Assembly (NCBI GenBank): GCA_964016885.1
Contig: OZ024752.1
Coordinates: forward strand, 22,134,001 to 22,198,000
Reading direction: 5' to 3'
Source: Eledone cirrhosa
Taxonomy: Eukaryota
Length of the DNA stretch: 64,000 nt
Part shown: piece after piece, positions 54,301-64,000 of the stretch
How positions within the stretch are numbered: position 1 is the stretch's first letter
How the letters are laid out: every line of letters begins with the position of its first letter
Notes under the pieces: model-generated
Databases searched by the model: none
What the model was told of the DNA's origin: nothing
Seen by the model: the letters and a program-made list of their open reading frames with translations, nothing else
Position numbers and translations under genes: made by a program

Positions 54301-57300
54301 AAGGTAGAGGGTGGTGGTGAACTACCAAAAACAGTGGACAGAAGGCAGAGGGTGATGGTGAACTACCAAAAACAGTGGACAGAAGGTAGAGGGTGGTGGT
54401 GAACTACCAAAAACTGGACAGAAGGTAGAGGGTGGTGGTGAACTACCAAAAACAGTGGACAGAAGGCAGAGTGTGGTGGTGAAGTACCAAAAACAGTGGA
54501 CAGAAGGTAGAGGGTGGTGGTGAACTACCAAAAACAGTGGACAGAAGACAGAGGGTGGTGGTGAAGTACCAAAAACAGTGGACAGAAGGTAGAGGGTGGT
54601 GGTGAACTACCAAAAACAGTGGACAGAAGGTAGAGGGTGGTGGTGAACTACCAAAAACTGGACAGAAGGCAGAGTGTGGTGGTGAAGTACCAAAAACAGT
54701 GGACAGAAGGTAGAGGGTGGTGGTGAACTACCAAAAAAAGTGGACAGAAGACAGAGGGTGGTGGTGAACTACCAAAAACAGTGGACAGAAGGCAGAGGGT
54801 GGTGGTGAACTACCAAAAACAGTGGACAGAAGGTAGAGGGTGGTGGTGAACTACCAAAAACAGTGGACAGAAGGTAGAGGGTGGTGGTGAACTACCAAAA
54901 ACTGGACAGAAGGTAGAGGGTGGTGGTGAACTACCAAAAACAGTGGACAGAAGGCAGAGTGTGGTGGTGAAGTACCAAAAACAGTGGACAGAAGGTAGAG
55001 GGTGGTGGTGAACTACCAAAAAAAGTGGACAGAAGACAGAGGGTGGTGGTGAACTACCAAAAACAGTGGACAGAAGGCAGAGGGTGGTGGTGAACTACCA
55101 AAAACAGTGGACAGAAGGCAGAGGGTGGTGGTGAACTACCAAAAACAGTGGACAGAAGGCAATGGGTGGTGGTGAACTACCAAAAACAGTGGACAGAAGG
55201 TAGAGGGTGGTGGTGAACTACCAAAAACAGTGGACAGAAGGTAGAGGGTGGTGGTGAACTACCAAAAACTGGACAGAAGGTAGAGGGTGGTGGTGAACTA
55301 CCAAAAACAGTGGACAGAAGGCAGAGTGTGGTGGTGAAGTACCAAAAACAGTGGACAGAAGGTAGAGGGTGGTGGTGAAGTACCAAAAACAGTGGACAGA
55401 AGGTAGAGTGTGGTGGTGAACTACCAAAAACAGTGGACAGAAGGTAGAGTGTGGTGGTGAACTACCAAAAACAGTGGACAGAAGGCAGAGTGTGGTGGTG
55501 AAGTACCAAAAACAGTGGACAGAAGGTAGAGGGTGGTGGTGAAGTACCAAAAACAGTGGACAGAAGGTAGAGTGTGGTGGTGAACTACCAAAAACAGTGG
55601 ACAGAAGGCAGAGTGTGGTGGTGAAGTACCAAAAACAGTGGACAGAAGGTAGAGGGTGGTGGTGAAGTACCAAAAACAGTGGACAGAAGGTAGAGTGTGG
55701 TGGTGAACTACCAAAAACAGTGGACAGAAGGTAGAGTGTGGTGGTGAACTACCAAAAACAGTGGACAGAAGGCAGAGTGTGGTGGTGAAGTACCAAAAAC
55801 AGTGGACAGAAGGTAGAGTGTGGTGGTGAACTACCAAAAACAGTGGACAGAAGGCAGAGTGTGGTGGTGAAGTACCAAAAACAGTGGACAGAAGGCAGAG
55901 GGTGGTGATGAACTACCAAAAACACTGGACAGAAGGTAGAGAGTGGTGGTGAACTACCAAAAACAGTGAACAGAAGGTAGAGTGTGGTGGTGAACTACCA
56001 AAAACAGTGGACAGAAGGTAGAGGGTGGTGGTGAACTACCAAAAACAGTGGACAGAAGGTAGAGTGTGGTGGTGAAGTACCAAAAACAGTGGACAGAAGG
56101 TAGAGTGTGGTGGTGAACTACCAAAAACAGTGGACAGAAGGTAGAGTGTGGTGGTGAACTACCAAAAACAGTGGACAGAAGGTAGAGGGTGGTGGTGAAC
56201 TACCAAAAACAGTGGACAGAAGGCAGAGGGTGGTGGTGAACTACCAAAAACAGTGGACAGAAGGCAGAGGGTGGTGATGAACTACCAAAAACACTGGACA
56301 GAAGGTAGAGAGTGGTGGTGAACTACCAAAAACAGTGAACAGAAGGTAGAGTGTGGTGGTGAACTACCAAAAACAGTGGACAGAAGGTAGAGGGTGGTGG
56401 TGAACTACCAAAAACAGTGAACAGAAGGTAGAGTGTGGTGGTGAAGTACCAAAAACAGTGGACAGAAGGTAGAAGGTGGTGGTGAACTACCAAAAACAGT
56501 GGACAGAAGGTAGAGGGTGGTGGTGAACTACCAAAAACAGTGGACAGAAGGTAGAGTGTGGTGGTGAACTACCAAAAACAGTGGACAGAAGGTAGAGTGT
56601 GGTGGTGAACTACCAAAAACAGTGAACAGAAGGTAGAGTGTGGTGGTGAACTACCAAAAACAGTGGACAGAAGGTAGAGGGTGGTGGTGAACTACCAAAA
56701 ACAGTGGACAGAAGGCAGAGGGTGGTGGTGAACTACCAAAAACAGTGGACAGAAGGCAGAGGGTGGTGATGAACTACCAAAAACACTGGACAGAAGGTAG
56801 AGAGTGGTGGTGAACTACCAAAAACAGTGGACAGAAGGTAGAGTGTGGTGGTGAACTACCAAAAACAGTGGACAGAAGGCAGAGGGTGGTGGTGAACTAC
56901 CAAAAACTGGACAGAAGGTAGAGGGTGGTGGTGAACTACCAAAAACAGTGTACAGAAGGCAGAGGGTGGTGGTGAACTACCAAAAACAGTGGACAGAAGG
57001 CAGAGGGTGGTGGTCAACTACCAAAAACAGTGGACAGAAGACAGAGGGTGGTGGTGAACTACCAAAAACAGTGGACAGAAGGCAGAGGGTGTTGGTGAAC
57101 TACCAAAAACAGTGGACAGAAAGTAGAGGGTGGTGGTGAACTACCAAAAACAGTGTACAGAAGGCAGAGGGTGGTGGTGAACTACCAAAAACAGTGTACA
57201 GAAGGCAGAGGGTGGTGGTGAACTACCAAAAACTGTGGACAGAAGGCAGAGGGTGGTGGTGAACTACCAAAAACTGTGGACAGAAGGTAAAGTGTGGTGG

Positions 57301-60300
57301 TGAACTACCAAAAACAGTGGACAGAAGGCAGAGGGTGATGGTGAACTACCAAAAACTGGACAGAAGGCAGAGTGTGGTGGTGAAGTACCAATAACAGTGG
57401 ACAGAAGACAGAGGGTGGTGGTGAACTACCAAAACCAGTGGACAGAAGGTAGAGGGTGGTGGTTAACTACCAAAAGCTGGACAGAAGGTAGAGGGTGGTG
57501 GTGAACTACCAAAAACAGTGTACAGAAGGCAGAGTGTGGTGGTGAAGTACCAAAAACAGTGGACAGAAGGTAGAGGGTGGTGGTGAACTACCAAAAACAG
57601 TGGACAGAAGGCAGAGGGTGGTGGTGAACTACCAAAAACAGTGGACAGAAGACAGAGGGTGGTGGTGAACTACCAAAAACAGTGAACAGAAGGTAGAGGG
57701 TGGTGGTGAACTACCAAAAACTGGACAGAAGGCAGAGGGTGATGGTGAACTACCAAAAACAGTGGACAGAAGACAGAGGGTGGTGGTGAACTACCAAAAA
57801 CAGTGGACAGAAGGCAGAGGGTGGTGGTGAACTACCAAAAACAGTGGACAGAAGACAGAGGGTGGTGGTGAACTACCAAAAACAGTGAACAGAAGGTAGA
57901 GGGTGGTGGTGAACTACCAAAAACAGTGGACAGAAGGTAGAGTGTGGTGGTGAACTACCAAAAACACTGGACAGAAGGTAGAGGGTGGTGGTGAACTACC
58001 AAAAACAGTGGACAGAAGGCAGAGTGTGGTGGTGAAATACCAATAACAGTGGACAGAAGACAGAGGGTGGTGGTGAACTACCAAAAACAGTGGACAGAAG
58101 GTAGAGGGTGGTGGTGAACTACCAAAACCAGTGGACAGAAGGTAGAGGGTGGTGGTGAACTACCAAAAACTGGACAGAAGGTAGAGGGTGGTGGTGAACT
58201 ACCAAAAACAGTGGACAGAAGGCAGAGTGTGGTGGTGAAGTACCAAAAACAGTGGACAGAAGGTAGAGGGTGGTGGTGAACTACCAAAAACAGTGGACAG
58301 AAGACAGAGGGTGGTGGTGAAGTACCAAAAACAGTGGACAGAAGGTAGAGGGTGGTGGTGAAGTACCAAAAACTGGACAGAAGGTAGAGGGTGGTGGTGA
58401 ACTACCAAAAACAGTGGACAGAAGGTAGAGGGTGGTGGTGAACTACCAAAAACAGTGGACAGAAGGTAGAGGGTGGTGGTGAACTACCAAAAACAGTGGA
58501 CAGAAGGTAGAGGGTGGTGGTGAACTACCAAAAACTGGACAGAAGGCAGAGTGTGGTGGTGAAGTACCAAAAACAGTGGACAGAAGGTAGAGGGTGGTGG
58601 TGAACTACCAAAAACAGTGGACAGAAGGCAGAGGGTGGTGGTGAACTACCAAAAACAGTGGACAGAAGACAGAGGGTGGTGGTGAACTACCAAAAACAGT
58701 GGACAGAAGACAGAGGGTGGTGGTGAACTACCAAAAACAGTGGACAGAAGGTACAGTGTGGTGGTGAACTACCAAAAACAGTGGACAGAAGGTAGAGTGT
58801 GGTGGTGATCTACCAAAAACAGTGGACAGAAGGCAGAGGGTGGTGGTGAACTACCAAAAACAGTGGACAGAAGGCAATGGGTGGTGGTGAACTACCAAAA
58901 ACAGTGGACAGAAGGTACAGTGTGGTGGTGAACTAACAAAAACAGTGGACAGAAGGTAGAGTGTGGTGGTGAACTACCAAAAACACTGGACAGAAGGTAG
59001 AGGGTGGTGGTGAAGTACCAAAAACAGTGGACAGAAGGTAGAGGGTGGTGGTGAACTACCAAAAACAGTGGACAGAAGGCAGAGTGTGGTGGTGAAGTAC
59101 CAATAACAGTGGACAGAAGACAGAGGGTGGTGGTGAACTACCAAAAACAGTGGACAGAAGACAGAGGGTGGTGGTGAACTAACAAAAACAGTGGACAGAA
59201 GGTAGAGGGTGGTGGTGAAGTACCAATAACAGTGGACAGAAGACAGAGGGTGGTGGTGAACTAACAAAAACAGTGGACAGAAGGTAGAGGGTGGTGGTGA
59301 AGTACCAATAACAGTGGACAGAAGACAGAGTGTGGTGGTGAACTACCAAAACCAGTGGACAGAAGGTAGAGGGTGGTGGTTAACTACCAAAAACTGGACA
59401 GAAGGTAGAGGGTGGTGGTGAACTACCAAAAACAGTGTACAGAAGGCAGAGTGTGGTGGTGAAGTACCAAAAACAGTGGACAGAAGGTAGAGGGTGGTGG
59501 TGAACTACCAAAAACAGTGGACAGAAGGCAGAGGGTGGTGGTGAACTACCAAAAACAGTGGACAGAAGGTAGAGTGTGGTGGTGAACTACCAAAAACACT
59601 GAACAGAAGGTAGAGGGTGGTGGTGAACTACCAAAAACAGTGGACAGAAGGCAGAGGGTGATGGTGAACTACCAAAAACAGTGGACAGAAGGTAGAGGGT
59701 GGTGGTGAACTACCAAAAACAGTGGACAGAAGGTAGAGTGTGGTGGTGAACTAACAAAAACAGTCGACAGAAGGTAGAGTGTGGTGGTGAACTACCAAAA
59801 ACACTGGACAGAAGGTAGATGGTGGTGGTGAACTACCAAAAACAGTGGACAGAAGGCAGAGGGTGATGGTGAACTACCAAAAACAGTGGACAGAAGGCAG
59901 AGGGTGATGGTGAACTACCAAAAACAGTGGACAGAAGGTAGAGGGTGGTGGTGAACTACCAAAAACAGTGGACAGAAGGCAGAGGGTGATGGTGAACTAC
60001 CAAAAACAGTGGACAGAAGGTAGAGGGTGGTGGTGAACTACCAAAAACTGGACAGAAGGTAGAGGGTGGTGGTGAACTACCAAAAACAGTGGACAGAAGG
60101 CAGAGTGTGGTGGTGAAGTACCAAAAACAGTGGACAGAAGGTAGAGGGTGGTGGTGAACTACCAAAAACAGTGGACAGAAGACAGAGGGTGGTGGTGAAG
60201 TACCAAAAACAGTGGACAGAAGGTAGAGGGTGGTGGTGAACTACCAAAAACAGTGGACAGAAGGTAGAGGGTGGTGGTGAACTACCAAAAACTGGACAGA

Positions 60301-60900
60301 AGGCAGAGTGTGGTGGTGAAGTACCAAAAACAGTGGACAGAAGGTAGAGGGTGGTGGTGAACTACCAAAAAAAGTGGACAGAAGACAGAGGGTGGTGGTG
60401 AACTACCAAAAACAGTGGACAGAAGGCAGAGGGTGGTGGTGAACTACCAAAAACAGTGGACAGAAGGTAGAGGGTGGTGGTGAACTACCAAAAACAGTGG
60501 ACAGAAGGTAGAGGGTGGTGGTGAACTACCAAAAACTGGACAGAAGGTAGAGGGTGGTGGTGAACTACCAAAAACAGTGGACAGAAGGCAGAGTGTGGTG
60601 GTGAAGTACCAAAAACAGTGGACAGAAGGTAGAGGGTGGTGGTGAACTACCAAAAAAAGTGGACAGAAGACAGAGGGTGGTGGTGAACTACCAAAAACAG
60701 TGGACAGAAGGCAGAGGGTGGTGGTGAACTACCAAAAACAGTGGACAGAAGGCAGAGGGTGGTGGTGAACTACCAAAAACAGTGGACAGAAGGCAATGGG
60801 TGGTGGTGAACTACCAAAAACAGTGGACAGAAGGTAGAGGGTGGTGGTGAACTACCAAAAACAGTGGACAGAAGGTAGAGGGTGGTGGTGAACTACCAAA
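51320..60900 (+). repeat. Duplication at a 5,592-5,634-bp offset: ~51.3-55.3 kb recurs at ~56.9-60.9 kb (distal sub-lineage)
   Basis: Offset 5,592 for 51356/56948 and 52486/58078. Offset 5,634 for 54129/59763, 54322/59956 and 54810/60444, after a 1-bp deletion at ~52653 and a one-monomer gain near 59.0 kb. Both copies share the private variant GAAGACAGAGTGTGG (~53690, ~59325). Confidence 0.85.
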
Positions 60901-63900
60901 ACCAGTGGACAGAAGGTAGAGGGTGGTGGTGAACTACCAAAAACTGGACAGAAGGTAGAGGGTGGTGGTGAACTACCAAAAACAGTGGACAGAAGGCAGA
61001 GTGTGGTGGTGAAGTACCAAAAACAGTGGACAGAAGGTAGAGGGTGGTGGTGAACTACCAAAAACAGTGGACAGAAGGCAGAGTGTGGTGGTGAAGTACC
61101 AAAAACAGTGGACAGAAGGTAGAGTGTGGTGGTGAACTACCAAAAACAGTGGACAGAAGGCAGAGTGTGGTGGTGAAGTACCAAAAACAGTGGACAGAAG
61201 GTAGAGGGTGGTGGTGAAGTACCAAAAACAGTGGACAGAAGGTAGAGGGTGGTGGTGAACTACCAAAAACAGTGGACAGAAGGTAGAGGGTGGTGGTGAA
61301 CTACCAAAAACAGTGGACAGAAGGCAGAGTGTGGTGGTGAAGTACCAAAAACAGTGGACAGAAGGTAGAGGGTGGTGGTGAACTACCAAAAACAGTGGAC
61401 AGAAGGTAGAGGGTGGTGGTGAACTACCAAAAACAGTGGACAGAAGGCAGAGGGTGGTGGTGAACTACCAAAAACAGTGGACAGAAGACAGAGGGTGGTG
61501 GTGAACTACCAAAAACAGTGGACAGAAGGTAGAGTGTGGTGGTGATCTACCAAAAACAGTGGACAGAAGGCAGAGGGTGGTGGTGAACTACCAAAAACAG
61601 TGGACAGAAGTCAATGGGTGGTGGTGAACTACCAAAAACAGTGGACAGAAGGTACAGTGTGGTGGTGAACTACCAAAAACAGTGGACAGAAGGTAGAGTG
61701 TGGTGGTGAAGTACCAAAAACAGTGGACAGAAGGTAGAGGGTGGTGGTGAACTACCAAAAACAGTGGACAGAAGGTAGAGGGTGGTGGTGAACTACCAAA
61801 AACAGTGGACAGAAGGCAGAGGGTGGTGGTGAACTACCAAAAACAGTGGACAGAAGACAGAGGGTGGTGGTGAACTACCAAAAACAGTGGACAGAAGGTA
61901 GAGTGTGGTGGTGATCTACCAAAAACAGTGGACAGAAGGCAGAGGGTGGTGGTGAACTACCAAAAACAGTGGACAGAAGTCAATGGGTGGTGGTGAACTA
62001 CCAAAAACAGTGGACAGAAGGTACAGTGTGGTGGTGAACTACCAAAAACAGTGGACAGAAGGTAGAGTGTGGTGGTGAACTACCAAAAACAGTGGACAGA
62101 AGGTAGAGTGTGGTGGTGATCTACCAAAAACAGTGGACAGAAGGTAGAGTGTGGTGGTGAACTACCAAAAACAGTGGACAGAAGGTAGAGTGTGGTGGTG
62201 AACTACCAAAAACAGTGAACAGAAGGTAGAGTGTGGTGGTGAACTACCAAAAACAGTGGACAGAAGGTAGAGTGTGGTGGTGAACTACCAAAAACAGTGG
62301 ACAGAAGGTAGAGGGTGGTGGTGAACTACCAAAAACAGTGGACAGAAGGCAGAGGGTGGTGGTGAACTACCAAAAACAGTGGACAGAAGGCAGAGGGTGG
62401 TGATGAACTACCAAAAACACTGGACAGAAGGTAGAGAGTGGTGGTGAACTACCAAAAACAGTGAACAGAAGGTAGAGTGTGGTGGTGAACTACCAAAAAC
62501 AGTGGACAGAAGGTAGAGGGTGGTGGTGAACTACCAAAAACAGTGAACAGAAGGTAGAGTGTGGTGGTGAAGTACCAAAAACAGTGGACAGAAGGTAGAA
62601 GGTGGTGGTGAACTACCAAAAACAGTGGACAGAAGGTAGAGGGTGGTGGTGAACTACCAAAAACAGTGGACAGAAGGTAGAGTGTGGTGGTGAACTACCA
62701 AAAACAGTGGACAGAAGGTAGAGTGTGGTGGTGAACTACCAAAAACAGTGAACAGAAGGTAGAGTGTGGTGGTGAACTACCAAAAACAGTGGACAGAAGG
62801 TAGAGGGTGGTGGTGAACTACCAAAAACAGTGGACAGAAGGCAGAGGGTGGTGGTGAACTACCAAAAACAGTGGACAGAAGGCAGAGGGTGGTGATGAAC
62901 TACCAAAAACACTGGACAGAAGGTAGAGAGTGGTGGTGAACTACCAAAAACAGTGGACAGAAGGTAGAGTGTGGTGGTAAACTACCAAAAACTGGACAGA
63001 AGGTAGAGGGTGGTGGTGAACTACCAAAAACAGTGTACAGAAGGCAGAGGGTGGTGGTGAACTACCAAAAACAGTGGACAGAAGGCAGAGGGTGGTGGTC
63101 AACTACCAAAAACAGTGGACAGAAGACAGAGGGTGGTGGTGAACTACCAAAAACAGTGGACAGAAGGCAGAGGGTGTTGGTGAACTACCAAAAACAGTGG
63201 ACAGAAAGTAGAGGGTGGTGGTGAACTACCAAAAACAGTGTACAGAAGGCAGAGGGTGGTGGTGAACTACCAAAAACAGTGTACAGAAGGCAGAGGGTGG
63301 TGGTGAACTACCAAAAACTGTGGACAGAAGGCAGAGGGTGGTGGTGAACTACCAAAAACTGGACAGAAGGTAAAGTGTGGTGGTGAACTACCAAAAACAC
63401 TGGACAGAAGGCAGAGGGTGATGGTGAACTACCAAAAACAGTGGACAGAAGGCAGAGTGTGGTGGTGAAGTACCAATAACAGTGGACAGAAGACAGAGGG
63501 TGGTGGTGAACTACCAAAACCAGTGGACAGAAGGTAGAGGGTGGTGGTTAACTACCAAAAGCTGGACAGAAGGTAGAGGGTGGTGGTGAACTACCAAAAA
63601 CAGTGTACAGAAGGCAGAGTGTGGTGGTGAAGTACCAAAAACAGTGGACAGAAGGTAGAGGGTGGTGGTGAACTACCAAAAACAGTGGACAGAAGGCAGA
63701 GGGTGGTGGTGAACTACCAAAAACAGTGGACAGAAGACAGAGGGTGGTGGTGAACTACCAAAAACAGTGAACAGAAGGTAGAGGGTGGTGGTGAACTACC
63801 AAAAACTGGACAGAAGGCAGAGGGTGATGGTGAACTACCAAAAACAGTGGACAGAAGACAGAGGGTGGTGGTGAACTACCAAAAACAGTGGACAGAAGGC

Positions 63901-64000
63901 AGAGGGTGGTGGTGAACTACCAAAAACAGTGGACAGAAGACAGAGGGTGGTGGTGAACTACCAAAAACAGTGAACAGAAGGTAGAGGGTGGTGGTGAACT

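Larger units (their letters stand above)
566..63032 (+). repeat. Variable-length higher-order repeat: 12 complete units delimited by a marker cassette (GTGTAC ... GGTCAAC ... GGTGTTGG)
   Basis: The cassette starts at 566, 6121, 9186, 15884, 18949, 26588, 30268, 38975, 42655, 45720, 51356, 56948 and 63033 (the + strand 63-aa ORF starts). Spacings are 5555, 3065, 6698, 3065, 7639, 3680, 8707, 3680, 3065, 5636, 5592 and 6085 bp. These equal 136, 75, 164, 75, 187, 90, 213, 90, 75, 138, 137 and 149 monomers once the 39-bp and 40-bp monomers are accounted for. Confidence 0.9.
1..64000 (+). repeat. 41-bp tandem satellite array (~1,566 head-to-tail monomers), continuing beyond both window edges
   Basis: The consensus GGACAGAAGGTAGAGGGTGGTGGTGAACTACCAAAAACAGT (41 nt) repeats on every line, typically with 0-3 substitutions. 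About 114 monomers are 39 bp (AAAAACTGG instead of AAAAACAGTGG). No non-repeat sequence or inversion was seen. Confidence 0.99.

Noticed and set aside
566-63517. All ORFs in the supplied track (63-151 aa; HHHPL, SSPPPS and FTTTL motifs)
   Set aside because: They are translations of the 41-bp repeat cycling through three frames every 123 bp. They start at GTG/TTG and are open only where variants remove the TAG or TGA. There is no ATG-led gene, RBS or promoter context. They were used only as positional markers.
1-64000. CRISPR array (short repeat with an internal hairpin)
   Set aside because: Monomers abut directly with no unique spacers, and there is no leader or cas gene.
1-64000. Assignment to avian 41-bp repeats (CNM, PO41, TM) or another named satellite
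   Set aside because: Only the length agrees. I cannot recognise sequence identity from memory, and a database search is needed.
1-64000. Telomerase-made telomeric repeat
   Set aside because: It is G-rich on one strand but has no TTAGGG-type unit. The 41-bp unit with inherited multi-kb variant patterns indicates recombinational amplification rather than templated addition. A subtelomeric position is not excluded.
1-64000. Variant order as an information-bearing cassette system (antigenic-variation or DGR-like)
   Set aside because: The pattern is fully explained by nested duplications and deletions. No recombinase, reverse transcriptase, expression site or coding frame is present.
1-64000. 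Pure sequencing or rolling-circle concatemer artefact
   Set aside because: Rare variants recur in ordered, hierarchical blocks at several different offsets, which random error or a single circular template would not produce. Individual large duplications could still be misassembled.

Overview
The whole 64 kb window is one uninterrupted, single-orientation tandem array of a 41-bp monomer, consensus GGACAGAAGG(T/C)AGAG(G/T)GTGGTGGTGAACTACCAAAAACAGT. I estimate about 1,566 copies, about 7% of them 39-bp variants lacking AG. I see no genes, RNA genes, transposons, CRISPR spacers or unique sequence, and every listed ORF is a by-product of translating the repeat. An array of this size and homogeneity is typical of eukaryotic satellite DNA, but I cannot assign an organism or a named family. 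The informative signal is the order of the variant monomers, which shows a nested, variable-length higher-order structure. A marker cassette recurs 13 times, 75-213 monomers apart. Large near-identical tandem duplications occur at offsets of 8,620, 9,763/9,722/9,681, 12,387 and 5,592/5,634 bp, and smaller ones span 2-46 monomers. The monomer is strongly strand-skewed (73% purine), has no CpG, and carries a Chi-like/M13-minisatellite-like core, a short imperfect hairpin and one A5 tract. I found no support for a novel coding system; the findings concern satellite architecture and evolution. All counts were made by eye and cross-checked against the ORF-track offsets.
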